Below, piece after piece: positions 51,853 to 64,000 of a stretch of 64,000 bases of DNA. Below the pieces are notes generated by a model. It was not told the DNA's origin. It saw only the letters and a program-made list of their open reading frames with translations, and did not search any database. The stretch is taken from NCBI RefSeq assembly GCF_001194135.2, contig NC_068981.1:197339319-197403318 (forward strand). Direction: 5' to 3'. How positions within the stretch are numbered: position 1 is the stretch's first letter; each line of letters opens with the position of its first letter. Origin of the DNA: Octopus bimaculoides. Its lineage: Eukaryota. Both the position numbers and the translations under genes were made by a program.

Positions 51853-52480
51853 CAGGGTACAGTGAATAAACTGTATTCTAAATTACGCAAAAATGAAAAT
51901 AACACTGACATCTCATTTCAACAGACATATTTACCAAAATTACACACAAATATCTTGAAATACTAAAGAGTAAATTTATTCAATAAAATCGCCATTGGCT
52001 TCAACCATGGCCTCCAGATGACTTCAGAATCTCCTGCAACTCTTCTGGATGGTCTCCTTGTTTAAGTTGGTGAATGTTGCCATAATCCTTGCCTTCAGTT
52101 CATCTTTGGTTTTACAAGGAGTTCTGTTGGTCTCTCGCTCAACTGCACCCCACAAAAAATAATCAAGGGGGTTCCAGTCTGAAGAGTTAGGTGGCCAGAT
52201 GTTAGGGATGATGTGGTTGCAGAAATTGTCTGACAGCCAAGACTGGGTTCTCCTGATTGTGCGGCATGGTGCAGAGTCCTGTTGCCAGACATAATTTACA
52301 CCCAAACACTCTGAAATGTTCGCAGTGGAGCTTCCAGCACGAATGCCAAGCAGTACAGCTTGTCGTTTCCAAATTTCTGGCAGAGTGAATTGCGTCATGG
52401 TGCTGTTTTTCTCACAGACAGTGCTCACAAAGTCAAAAACAAACAACGCATATGTACAAAATTAAAAATATAAAATGGCA
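51853..52480 (-). mobile_element. Internally deleted Tc1/mariner element, DD37D (maT-like) transposase remnant at 52398-51976
   Basis: N-terminus MTQFTLPEIWKR..GVN fused to YVWQQDSAP...WPPNSSDWNPLDYFLWG...; 37 residues between the QQD and NPLD aspartates; premature TGA at 52024; TA|CAGGGT terminus at 51851-53; the other TIR was not found. Confidence 0.85.
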
Positions 52481-53380
52481 AGATCAAACGTTATTTATTC
52501 CTTGGGACATTTTTGGATTCTCAAATCTCGTTTTATTTGGTTTGTACCTAAAATTTCATTTCAAAATACAAATTATGTTTTTCACTGAATCTTCAATAAT
52601 ACATGCACACATATAAACATATAACACATACACACACACGAGTACACGGAGGCAAAACAATGTGGAGAGTATTATTAGTACTCGAATACCAAAGGTAGAG
52701 CAAAATGTTATAGTTTGCGAAGTCTTTTCAGCTACAGTAAAATAATATCTATTACACACACATATACAATTATTTCAGTGGCATAGTTTAATGTTAGTAA
52801 GCTGAAGTATTTGAAGAATCTTAGTGGTAACTTGACCTATTTAAAGCAAAAAATACCCAACAAGTTTTGATCAAAAGGAAAAACATCGGACAATGTAGCC
52901 ACAGACATGATGCCCATATTTGGAATAGCTTTTATAATCAGTCTACCAAATTACAATTGTCCTGCCACAAAACAACTATTTTGGCGGCATTTTTTGAATT
53001 TAGCCGCGAGTCAAACGTGAGCCAACTGATCTATAATCGAAGACAAACCAGTATATCTAGAATTATATCTTTATCTGATGTGTCAGCTTTTCTCTATGAC
53101 GTCACACGATGTTACTGATTTGGCTGCTATTTCTAGCATCCAGAGCCACCGTGGTTACCAGACAGAGACTGTTACCATTGCATTTGAGTAGAACCAGGTT
53201 TTCAGGGAACCTGAGGTTTTTCTCTGTGGTTGAGAGGTCAGCTAGAAATAGCAGACAACTCTCTCTTAAATCTATAAGCATCGTAAGAAAATGAGCGTAC
53301 ATTCATGAAGATCTACTTGAGTAAAGCTGACTTGGGCTAAACAGCAGGCTTGTGTGTGTGCGCGCGCTAATTATGTCTTT

Positions 53381-53575
53381 TAAGGCGACGGGCTGACAGA
53401 ATGGCCCGCACGCTGCGAGAAATGCTTAATGGCATTTCATCCGTCTTTACGTCCTAAGTTCAAATTCCGCCGAGTTCGACTTTACTTTTCATCCTTTCGG
53501 GGTCGATAAAATAAGAACCAGCTGATCACTAGGATCGATGTAATCGATGTAACCCCTCCCCCAAACCGCTGGCAT
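53381..53575 (+). mobile_element. SINE family B, CpG-retaining copy
   Basis: aaggcgacgggctgacagaat...gttcaaattccgccgagttcgac...cggggtcgataaaataag. Confidence 0.8.
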
Positions 53576-54215
53576 AATCAACTCCACACACACACACACG
53601 TTCACATGTATACAAACATTACACACATACCTACTCTCACGTACACACCTGTAGAAGCTTGTTTACAGTTCTCTGCAGACACATTATTCCCCATTATGTA
53701 TTCATTACGTTTATCATTCAACATCAACTGGTCTCGTAATCTTTTAAATGGATCTAGTCGTTCATTTTACCTGGCTGAATATTCCAGAGATACACGTACA
53801 TTTACTGTCATATCCTCGAATTCATTCAATGTTAACACAGCTAGTTGGCTCTCTGAATTACAGGTACAAACCAATCATGTAATGTTAAATAGTTGAGGAT
53901 TTCAGTCTTTCTCTGTACCCTAAACGGAATCCTCGACACAACAAGACTAGTTCCTTCAATTACTTGTAATGTCTATTAGAACGGGCTCTGACACGGTCCC
54001 TAGTTACCAAAATTTAGCATTCTTTTACAGTTATACCAGTCTAGTGACACAGGTGTAATAGTAAAGAATTAACTCTAAATTTTACTTAAATTAAGTTGAA
54101 CATTGCTACTGTCAGTGGCATTTTTCAAGGTGCCATGCAATGGACTCAATCTCGAGGCATCACGATTGAGAAGTGAGATTCTTAACCATTTGGCCATGTC
54201 TGCAACTTGTCTCTT

Positions 54216-54252
<37 letters not shown>

Positions 54253-55778
54253 TACACAGAGAATATAGCATTCCATATGTAGCATTCTCTCTCTCTGTAT
54301 ATGTTTTATGGGCGAAAATACGTAAAAATAATGACACCGATTTTAATTAATGATGTAGAATATTCATATTCACACATTTTGTTTAACGTCTTGATAAAAA
54401 AAAAACAACCCATGTGTGCTTTATGGTCAATAAATGAAAGGAAAAACAAAGGCAGGCACCTACCATATATGGCGAGATTAGAATTGGTCGATCGTGGAAT
54501 TTGGCCGGATGGAAACTAGTGAAAAGTGACTGTTGTTAGACTCACGTGTTTCCTTGTTTGGACAACCAGGAAGTTTGGAAACAGAAACAACACAAGTAAC
54601 AAAAATAAACCAATACTAAAACTGAATAGATTTGTTCAAAAAAGTAAATTAATTAAATAAAAGGGTTTATTAATATTTGCAGTTTTCCGAAGCTAAGAGA
54701 CAACGGTTCGATTTCAGCGAAGGATTTGTTTTCCCAGATAAATTATAAAGTTATAGTTTAAAAAATAATTATTAGATTAAAAATACCGGGTTTAGTTTCA
54801 CAAACAAGACACATTAATAGCATTTTCTTTCACAAACTGGTATAATAATCCACACGTGAGCATTTTCCGGAGTTAAATATATTTTTTTCTCATAAACAGG
54901 TTTATTCTCTGAAAAAGAATTTCCTTACAACACTGCACATTGTTGATTAAACTTGTAAATTAAAGTTCGGTTTTGTCAGAATGAAAAAAGAACGAATTCG
55001 TAATGAAGTGCAAACATCATACATATGGCACATTTTTCCGTGAAGTTAACATAAAATCACCCCTGGTGATTCATGTCTTTTGTATTTGGTCCTGCAAGGA
55101 AGAGGTAGATGGTCCATCCTTTGTCAATCTACGTAAGTTTAACTTGCTAAGGTAACAACAATACTTCTGACACCAGTAATAATAACCGCAGTTTTGATTT
55201 AACGCGCGCGCACTCTCTCTCTCTCTCTCTCTCTCTCTTCCTCCCTATCACCGCCACTATCTCCACCACGACCAACACATTATGTTGTGTTCAGTCAACT
55301 GTGAAATGAAACAAAAGAAAAAAACAACAACAACAAAATAATGAATTAAATAGAGCGTGGATTGCAAGACAGCAAATCAGAGATGAATGGTTCGCATCCT
55401 AACCACCATCGTCAATTCAACGAATGTGTTTCTGCGGGAGTCTTTCAACGTGCTAGAAACAACAGTAAGCTTTAGTTCAAACCTTACCGGCTTAACAATA
55501 AATTGTATTTCTACCTCAGATTACAATGAAATGATGTAACATTGATATATGATACCTGATACATGACGGGTTAGTCACGAATGGAATGGGTTTAAAATTT
55601 TTTTTTTTATTAAGCGTACTCAACCAGGACAGGACAAAACAACAACTGCAACGAAGCGTGTCCACATAAACACTCAATCTGCTAGAAATAGCAGCCAAAT
55701 TTCTCTAAAATCACAGCTTAGTGTTTTGAAAACACTTTTTTTAATTTGGAAGAGGGACAGCGCCCATGTCCGTCTTAC

Positions 55779-55836
55779 CTGTCTAGACCCTCTAGACAAG
55801 CGAGACTATCACCGGTTAAACTACGGCTGCCACATT
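55779..55836 (-). other. Candidate 58-nt upstream exon, probably 5'UTR
   Basis: Acceptor actcacccttccacccttcag and donor CAG|gtaaga; no transcript evidence. Confidence 0.3.
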
Positions 55837-56401
55837 CTGAAGGGTGGAAGGGTGAGTGCTGAAATCAACTCCGAGTATCATGGGAAAGGACAAAATGAGA
55901 GAGAGAATGATGTTTGTGGATTCGAGGCAGTTGGTGAGTGATTCGATGCCAATTAGCCGGGATGGCCATTTTTTGCCTGTCGACTAATGATGCAGCATTG
56001 CTTTAGATGTGAGAACATTGTTCCGGGGTTTCGCCTAAGCTTTGTAAAGGGTGAGCAGTTTATCCGTCCAATGACGGGTAATTCAGAAAGAATACTTTTG
56101 CCACCATAGGTAGCAAAGTCAGGAAATCTGGCATAAATGAAATAATTATAATTCTAGCTTTTAATAAAATTTCTTAGTGTTTATACAAAATCATGAAATT
56201 CTTTGATTTGTTTCAGTCATTTCATTGCGGCCATGCTGGAGCACCGCCTTTAGTCGAGCAAATCGACCCCAGGACTTACTCATTATAAGCCTAGTACTTA
56301 TTCTATTGGTCTCTTTTGCTGAACCGCTAGGTTACAGGGATGTAAACACACCAGCATCGGTTGTCAAGCGATGTTGGGAGAACAAACACAGACACACACA
56401 A

Positions 56402-58690
56402 ACATCATCATCGTTTAACGTCTGTTTTCCATGCTGGCATGGGTTGGACGGTTTGACAGGTCTGGAGAGCCAGGAGGCTGCACCAGACTCCAATCTGATT
56501 TGGTAAGGTTTCTACAGCTGGATGCCCTTCCTAACGCCAACCACTTCGAGAGTGTAGTGGGTGCTTTTTACGTGCCACCGACACAGGACCCAGTCAGGCG
56601 GACCTGACATCGACCACGTTCAGATGGTGCTTTTTACGTGCAACCGGCACGGGAGCCAGTCAGGGGCCACCTGCCACAGCTACGGTATTGGTTTTACTTG
56701 ACTCAACAGGTCTTCTCAAGCATATCATATCGCCCGACGCATCAGGGGTACTCTTAACTGGGCCGGATATGCATGGCTGCCATCTCACTTTAGTTGCCGG
56801 GTCTTTTCAATCACAGCGTATCTCCAAAGATCTCGGTATCCTGTCATTACCTCTGTGAGACCCAATGTTCGATGGTCATGCTTTACCACCTCATCCCATG
56901 TCTTCCTGGATATACCTCTTCCACAGGTTCCTTCTACAGTTAGGGAGTGACACTTCCTCACGCAGCTGTCCTCATCCATACGTAACACATGACCATACCA
57001 GCGCAGTCGTCTCTCTTGCACACTACATTTGATGCTTCTTATGCCCAACTTTTCTTTCATGGCGCTTCCTTTCTGACATGTATGCACACTAACATTACAC
57101 ATCCAGCCGATCATAATAGCTTCATTTCTTTCAAGCCTACGCATGTCCTCAGCAGTCATGCCTATGTTTCACTGCTGTATAGCATGGCAGTTCGCCCACA
57201 TGCATCATACAGTCTACCTTTTCATCTTGGGCGAGAGGCCCTTACTTGCCAGCAGAGATAGGAGCTCCTTGAACTTTGCCCAGGCTATTCTTATTCTAGC
57301 CGCTACACTCAAAGAGCAACCACCTCCACTACAGACTTGGTCACCTAGGTAGCGGAAGCTATTAACTACTTCTAGTTTTTCCCCCGGCATGTGATGGAAT
57401 CTGTTTTCTGTACATCTTCAGTGTTTATTGCCCCTGTGCATTTGCCACACACAAAAAATATCTTCCCGGTTAGCCTTCCTTTGATATTGCTGCACCTTTT
57501 ATGTGTCCATAACTTACAGCGGGTACATCGTATAGAGTCTTTACCCACGCCTTTTCTACAGATCGAGCAGGGCCATCTACCTGAAGGGGTTTGTGATTTG
57601 TCAGCCTTCCTACTTACTAAGACTTTGGTTTTTGCTAGGTTAACCCTAAGGCCCTTCGATTCTAGACCTTGCTTCCACACCCTAAACTTCGTCTTTAGTT
57701 CTGGAAGTGACTCAGCTATTAGAGCAAGGTCATCAGCATAGAGGAGCTCCCAAGAGCAGCCTGTCGTGAATTCCTCTGTTATTGCCTGGAGAACTATAAT
57801 GAATAAGAGGGGGCTGAAGAATGATCCTTGGTGAACCCCTTCTTCTACTCGGAATTCTTCACTATATCCGTTGCCAACGCTTACCTTATTGCCAGTGTCC
57901 CTGTGCAGGGCCTGTACAGCTCTTACCAGCCACGCATCTATCCCCAGTTTCCACATTGATCACCAGATAAGGGATTGAGGGACTCGGTCAAGAGCTTTCT
58001 CCAACAAATCAACAGAGGTTTATCTTTGGCTAGGTATTTCTCCTACAGTTGCCTTACCAGAAATATAGCATCAGTGGTGCTTCTGCCTCGCACAAAACCA
58101 AACTGCATCTCATTCAGTCTAACTCTCTCCCTAATTACTTAGGCTATGATCCTCTCAGTTACTTTTATCACTTGATCCAATAATTTGATAGCCCTGTAGT
58201 CATTTCTATCTAAAGCGCCACCTTTAGCTTTGTAGCAGTTGACTATGGTGCTGCTACACCAGTCATTGGGTAGGACTCCTTCATGATCTACAATATGGGT
58301 GACAAGACCATAATCCACACCACCCGATATTTTAAGTATCTCGGCGGTGATTCCTGATGGGTCGGGGGCTTTTCCTGTCTTCATATCCTCAATTGCTTTA
58401 TCTACCAAGGTACTGTCGATTCAGATAGCTGGTCCCTCAATCGGGTCAACCTTTGGCAGACTCTCCTCCTCCCATTCATTCTCTACATTCAGCAGTCTTT
58501 CATAATGACATCTCCAAACCTCTTTCTTTGCAGAATCATTAAACGCAAGGGCACCATCATCCATGCGGACACATTTCTCTCTTATAACATCACGGTTTTC
58601 TCTCACACACTGTCTTGCAATCCGAAAAACTTCAGTGTGTGGGTGGCGTTCTTTTACTCAGTGCCTGCCACCAAGCCTAGTATGCGTACC
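56402..58690 (-). mobile_element. 5'-truncated, frameshifted RTE-clade LINE (RT, Cys-rich insert, 3'UTR, (GAT)n tail)
   Basis: HQGSFFSPLLF...LLYADDLAL...GLRVNLAKTK (RT core), RRLRWYGHVLRMD, YRAIKLLD; several frameshifts and stops. Confidence 0.92.
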
Positions 58691-58794
58691 CAAATGGCAC
58701 GTCTTATATAACTCTTTCATCTACTCTCTCTCCCGCTTTCTATATACTACGCAAAGTACGAATAGAGATATCAACCAACCAATTATTATATGGA

Positions 58795-58950
58795 GATATG
58801 GACCCAGTACTTGACTGATAATTCATTTTATCGACCTCGGAAGAACGAAAATCAAAATTGATATCGGAGGGATTTGAACTTGGTACGTAAAGGGCCGTAA
58901 CTAAATACCATAAGGCATTTTGTTTGATCCTCTAATGATTCAGTTAATCT
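58795..58950 (-). mobile_element. SINE family B, diverged
   Basis: cccagtacttgact...tcgacctcgg...gatttgaact. Confidence 0.65.
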
Positions 58951-59119
58951 TTTGCCCTTCTAGTTTGTCATAATTACATCCGTTTAACTAATTAAATCAA
59001 TACCATTTTCAAGTTGTTGCTTGTTTTTCCGGCAACATATTCTTCAAAGTCACCTCTTTTAATTGGAAGCATCATCTTCGGTAACAGCACCATCACCACC
59101 TACAACAGCCGTTAGTCAC

Positions 59120-59900
59120 CTACGGGCGGAGTCCGGCTCAAAGTCTCCGAACAAAATTATATCTACTCGCTCCACAGCAGCTAGAAATAAATGCTGGCTG
59201 ATTTCGAGGTCTATATTCCGATAACCAGCGATTGTAATAGCCAAACCATTAGACTTGCTATTAGTATTTTCATCCGGTACTGATCTGTGGAAATTCCACC
59301 GCCCATTGTCAATCACAAATATCTCCCTACTTGGTAGTAAAATATCCTGTTATTTCCTTCTTAATACTTCGAGTAATTTCCAGGAAATTTTCTCTATTCT
59401 TTGCGGCTATATTTTCTCTTCTAGCCCCCCACTCTTTTCTTTTTATTCTAACTTGTACAAAATATTCTTGCCCATCACAATCGTTCGTATTTTCTTTTCT
59501 TTCTTGACAAATACTTCTCTTTCTTTCCCTGTTATCTCCGGCTTCGTCATCATACAACACCATTTAGCTACAATTTATCCCTTTTCTCTTGAGTTCATTC
59601 CTGATTCTCACTTTATTCCTAATTCTTATTTCTTTCTTTGCCATATTTCTAGTCTTTTTTTCTATCTTCTCTGTTTTTCTCGATTTAATTTTCGTTGTCC
59701 TTTGTAAACCACCAAACTCTATTTCGGTAATAAAACAATTTAAGAAGCATTTGACGTTATATAGTTGGTAACACCTGGATCCAAGATATTTCGTTATACA
59801 TCTTTTATGAAGAAAGTTAGGAACGCAGTTAGTAATATAAAGATAACAGAAGAGACAGGTGTTCGATTTTCACGAGCTGCTCTATGGCACGTGCATTAAA
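59120..59900 (-). promoter_or_regulatory. Candidate first exon / promoter region of the minus-strand gene
   Basis: Unique, CpG-containing sequence, purine-rich on the minus strand; donor AG|gtgact at 59119; short signal-peptide-like ORF at 59306-59211; (CT)n tract upstream. Confidence 0.3.
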
Positions 59901-59913
59901 TCGTCAGGTAAAT

Positions 59914-59984
<71 letters not shown>

Positions 59985-61141
59985 GTCAAACAAACGCTAT
60001 TGGCGCCTGCACACAAACACATACGAACGCTAATGGCGTGCTCACATATGCACATCTCCCTCGCACATATATATACAGCATTCGTATATGAGTATGCGTA
60101 AGTGTACACGTGCCAGTAGCGTTTATTTGAATCTCTCTCACACATACACACACACTGTTACAATCCCCTTTCCACAGCATGACAGATTTTTTTTACACCA
60201 CAGGAATTTATCATTAGCACTTTAATGTAAAAGATATAGATATAGGTATCTGTAATCATTGATTGCCTGTCACAATATCACTACTAAAACCCATCAACCC
60301 AACCATCCATTCATCCGTCCATCTCTAGTAACACCAAAATATATCAACCACGTGTTCAAAAGTGAACAACACCCTACAGTAGTTAACACTTGAAGAAGTG
60401 CACACTTCCCAATTATCTCCTATGCGACTCGACAATCGTTACACTAATGAACCACAAGGAAAACCTTGAAGAGAAACACTGCATACCGTAAAGATGGTTA
60501 AGCATAGATAGGTTCCCCCCCCCATAAACTTGATGACAATGCCAACAGTAACCTCGCCTGGAATCGTGAACCCCACATCAAGACATATTTCAAAGATGTG
60601 CAGCCCAAGAACAAGAGTTAGCTACATATTTCTTAAAGAACAAAAAGACAATGAAGATCTTCAACCCCCGAAGATGCGACCAAAATTATTGATTTTGCCA
60701 TTTAAATGTAGGATCTTGTGTTCAAGTTGCCAAAAAGTGTCATAAAAATAGTAGTAGGAGTAGTATTAGTAGTAGTATGGGGGAATGTGATTCCCTACTA
60801 ATTCTGACAGATGGCACCTTTGCGTCACTCAGGCAATAACCCTTCAACCCATGGGTCTGTTTCGGTAGTCGTTGCTGATGAGGGCTTAATAGGGTCGGAG
60901 TGCAAATCCTACTTCAACCTCTTTTACGATACGCAGAGGAAACTCTGGGTCTATTTATTGACATGCTGGTCCTCACACAGTACTAAAGTGATGTGAAATG
61001 AACACGAGGCGCTGCTCGGTCCGGGGATCGAGCACACGATCTGGTGGTTATCAAACTATTACTTTTATTACTGAATGATGTTGTTAAAGCAATATGCAGT
61101 ACCAACAGTACGAAGGAATAGCCTTGCATACATAGAAAAAT

Positions 61142-61172
<31 letters not shown>

Positions 61173-61225
61173 NNNNNNNNNNNNNNNNNNNNNNNNNNNN
61201 NNNNNTATATATATATATATATATA

Positions 61226-61610
61226 GGCGCAGCTGTATGGTAAGACGCTTGCTTCTCAACCACATGGTTCCGGGTTCAGTCCCACTGCGTGGAACCTTGG
61301 TCAAGTGTCTTCTACTATACCCTCAAGCTGACCATAGCCTTGTGAGTAATTTGCTAGGCGGAAACTGAAAGAAGCCCGTGTATATATGTATGTATGTATA
61401 TCTGTCTGTGTTTGTCCACCCCACCATCGCTTGACAGCCGATGTTGGTGTGTTTACGTCCCCGTAACCTAACGGTTCGGCAAAAAGAGCCCGATAGAATA
61501 AGTACTAGGCTTACAAAGAATAAGTCCTGACGATCGATTTGTTCGACTAAAGGCGGTGCTCCAGCATGGCCGCAGTCAAATGACTAAAACAAATAAAAGA
61601 AAGAATAAAA
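61226..61610 (+). mobile_element. SINE family A, full length
   Basis: Complete head, body and tail, CpGs retained. Confidence 0.85.
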
Positions 61611-62544
61611 GGATATGTACGAAAATGAGGAATATTGGTGGAATATTCCCGTTAAATCGTGATATCGTTATTTGGGAGAGAAAAGAAAAATCACGCAGTC
61701 ACAGAAGTCAGCTGACCCACAGATGTGAACATCTCCCCCAAAATAAGCAACAAGGAGAATATTTATGGACAACGGGTTCGAAGCTTACAGCATCCCTATC
61801 CTCATTGTAAATTCATAGTTATACCACTAATTATGTCAGGAGAAGCCTATACCACAATCTGAAAAAGCTAGAATATTCAGGTAAAGTGACGACAGGCACT
61901 TTACATAAACAATCTGTAAGAGGAACTGTAAAAATGTGCAAGTCGTTTCGAATGTTTAATATGTCAATATTCCAAATTCTTGCGATGCAGCCTCACTTAT
62001 ATATTAGAAACCAGCTTCGTCTATATAGGAAGAATTCAAATAATTCTTTTAAAAGGAGACACACTTACGATTCAATGAGGGAGCCTCTACGCAAGGTGTG
62101 TGTGTGTGTGGGGGGGTGCATGGAGGGATGACCTCACGCCTATATTTAAACTTGAAACCTCCCGAAGACAAAGTCTGTTAAATCCCATAAAAACCCCCAC
62201 CCACCGTTTCAGTCTGAATACCAAAACAATAACATTTATATGAGAATGTGTTTGTTCTTTGCCACGTAAATGAAATGGTGTTAAAGTAGGAGGTTGTTAG
62301 AAAGTGTATGGGTTGCAGTAGGAGACATTTTACTTCTAACACAGTATACTACTTATTGTAGGAAAATAAAAGACTTTAATTGTGTGTAGTGTGTGTCTGT
62401 GTGTGCGAGCGCGAATCTATAAACCATCATCGTCGTCGCCGTCGTCATTTAACGTCCATTTTCCATGCTGGTAATGAACAGGAAAAGAAGACAACACCGG
62501 GGTGGACATGCGTGCGTACGAAATAAAACAAGTGACAAAGGAAT

Positions 62545-63175
62545 AAGAAGTCACATCATGAATTTCGTTAGCTTACAGCTGTTTCTGCTACGAGGTGCAA
62601 TGCACTCATAATTGAGTGCTTGTGTGTATCACCCTAAAGCTTCATCGGAGTTGATATATATATATGTGTGTTAGGAGACTTTTCATAAATTTGGGCAATC
62701 TTTTGCTCTTTATGATGGTGTGCGTTTAGAGGATTGAATTCATTCTGTGGTCTCTTTTAAGTAGAGGAATGTTTGGGAGGATGGTGTCGAAGGCTTCATT
62801 GTTAAGCGGATTGTGTGAGGAGACGTAGGGTAGGGCTTTTGGTTGTAAATCCTTCTTTAATTTGGGACGTCTGAGTTCGTGGATGTTGAATTGTATGGCA
62901 CGTTGAAAGCATATATCAATTAGTGATGGTGGGTAGTTCCTAGTGATGAGTGTATCCTTTAGTTCATGTAGTCGTGTGTCCCTGGTGCTTGTATTAGAAA
63001 CTATAGTACATAACAATTTTGCTAGGTTGAAAGGGATATTCATTCTAGTGTGTCTGGGGTGGCATGAGTTGAACGGTAGATATTGCTTGGAGTCCGTGGG
63101 CTTATAGTATATATCTGTTTCTATTTCGTTGTTAGACTTCTTAATGTGGATGCCGAGGAAAGGAAGTTGTTGATG
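62545..63175 (-). mobile_element. Penelope-like element remnant (RT C-terminus plus terminal repeat with hammerhead)
   Basis: LPFLGIHIKK..IETDIYYKPTDSKQYLPFNSCHPRH..NIP..(PLE RT thumb); frameshifted IIKSKRLPKFMKSLLT linker; GIY-YIG domain not seen. Confidence 0.88.
62570..62652 (-). ncRNA. Decayed PLE hammerhead with a long branched stem II
   Basis: AACU-CCGAUGA-A-GCU...AGC-A-GAAA-CAGCUG-UA-AGCU; same stem III and GUA site as 51.7 kb; U4 changed to C; inner hairpin GCACUCA/UGAGUGC. Confidence 0.55.
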
Positions 63176-63176
63176 G

Positions 63177-63237
<61 letters not shown>

Positions 63238-63281
63238 GGTACAAACAGGAAAAATTGAACTCAAAATATGAATATATGTAC

Positions 63282-63598
63282 AAGCAATAATAATACTTAT
63301 ACGGAATTTATAAATATTTCAATGCATCGCTATGCGCGTTTCCACAAATCACATGTTTCTTACGATCATAGTCCGTATTTCTGGGGTGATTCATAGTGCA
63401 GTTCGTAGTATCCATGACATTGGGTATGATCTACTCGATGTCCATGGCTACTACAGATCATTTCAGAAATCATCCCATGGTTATTACGGATCATCCCAGA
63501 AATACGGACTATGATCTTCAGAGACATATAATTTATTGAAATGCGCGCAGCGATGCATTAAAATATTTATAAATTCCATCCAAGGATTATTATTACTA
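63282..63598. mobile_element. Foldback/MITE with long imperfect inverted arms
   Basis: ggaatttataaatatttcaatgcatcgct / agcgatgcattaaaatatttataaattcc and gatcatagtccgtatttctggg / cccagaaatacggactatgatc. Confidence 0.75.
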
Positions 63599-64000
63599 TG
63601 TTTATCCTACATTATACCGACACAGCTCGGTGCAACCCCAGAAAATTGGTACAGCCAGTTGTCATCATTAGGCTGTAGCTGGCATAATAGGACAGCAGCT
63701 TTTAAATGCATATTCAAACCATTTCCCATAAACGAAATTAAAGGACACACACACACACACGCGTATGTACATAATATGTGTGTATACATACACACATATT
63801 GCTTGCTTTTATGTGAAGTTATATATGAAAACAATTTAACATCAAACTGATGGATGACTCAAAAACCTTCCAAGTTACTATTAATCTCAACCTCGTCGTC
63901 TTTTATTTACAATATTCATATCTACACTATTTTTCAATTTCCGATCGTAAGCCTATGCGTTATTCCTGGATAAGTGGACGGTCCCACCTGTAGATATAAA

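Noticed and set aside
59255-59707. 150-aa hydrophobic plus-strand ORF
   Set aside because: Phe/Ser/Leu bias simply reflects CT-rich low complexity; the start is non-ATG and no domain is recognisable.
60870-60910. CTGATGA motif (also at ~38985) as a possible hammerhead
   Set aside because: No downstream GAAA, stem III or stem I pairing; part of an ordinary SINE body.

Overview
AT-rich, repeat-dense eukaryotic genomic DNA with 14 N-gaps. The SINE families, RTE tails and microsatellite load look like an octopus (coleoid cephalopod) draft assembly; that assignment is my inference. One spliced gene can be built on the minus strand from four phase-consistent GT-AG exons (15454-15289, 14281-14159, 11794-11661, 9673-9395). 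It encodes a single-pass membrane protein of about 215 aa from the ATG at 15400, with a 4-Cys LDLa-like N-terminus, one TM helix and two cytoplasmic PPxY motifs, i.e. a NEDD4-adaptor-like architecture. There is a possible alternative last exon at 1882-1643 and tentative 5' exons at about 37, 56 and 59 kb. The rest is mostly mobile DNA: two abundant tRNA-derived SINE families, a 2.3-kb RTE LINE remnant with many 3'-tail fragments, a Penelope-like (PLE) remnant, an R2-superfamily (R4/Dong-like) 3' fragment, Tc1/mariner remnants (one DD37D), Helitron/Helentron-type elements, and piggyBac- and hAT-like MITEs. The most notable observation is a set of minimal type I hammerhead-ribozyme motifs with palindromic stem III (13.8, 29.7, 51.7 and 62.6 kb, plus two decayed copies at 14.6 and 14.9 kb). 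One family appears fused to a tRNA-like Pol III head and sits as an inverted dimer; it and a second foldback element flank the TM exon. Most ORF-track entries are microsatellite, gap or repeat artefacts. No rRNA, bona fide tRNA or CRISPR array is supported.
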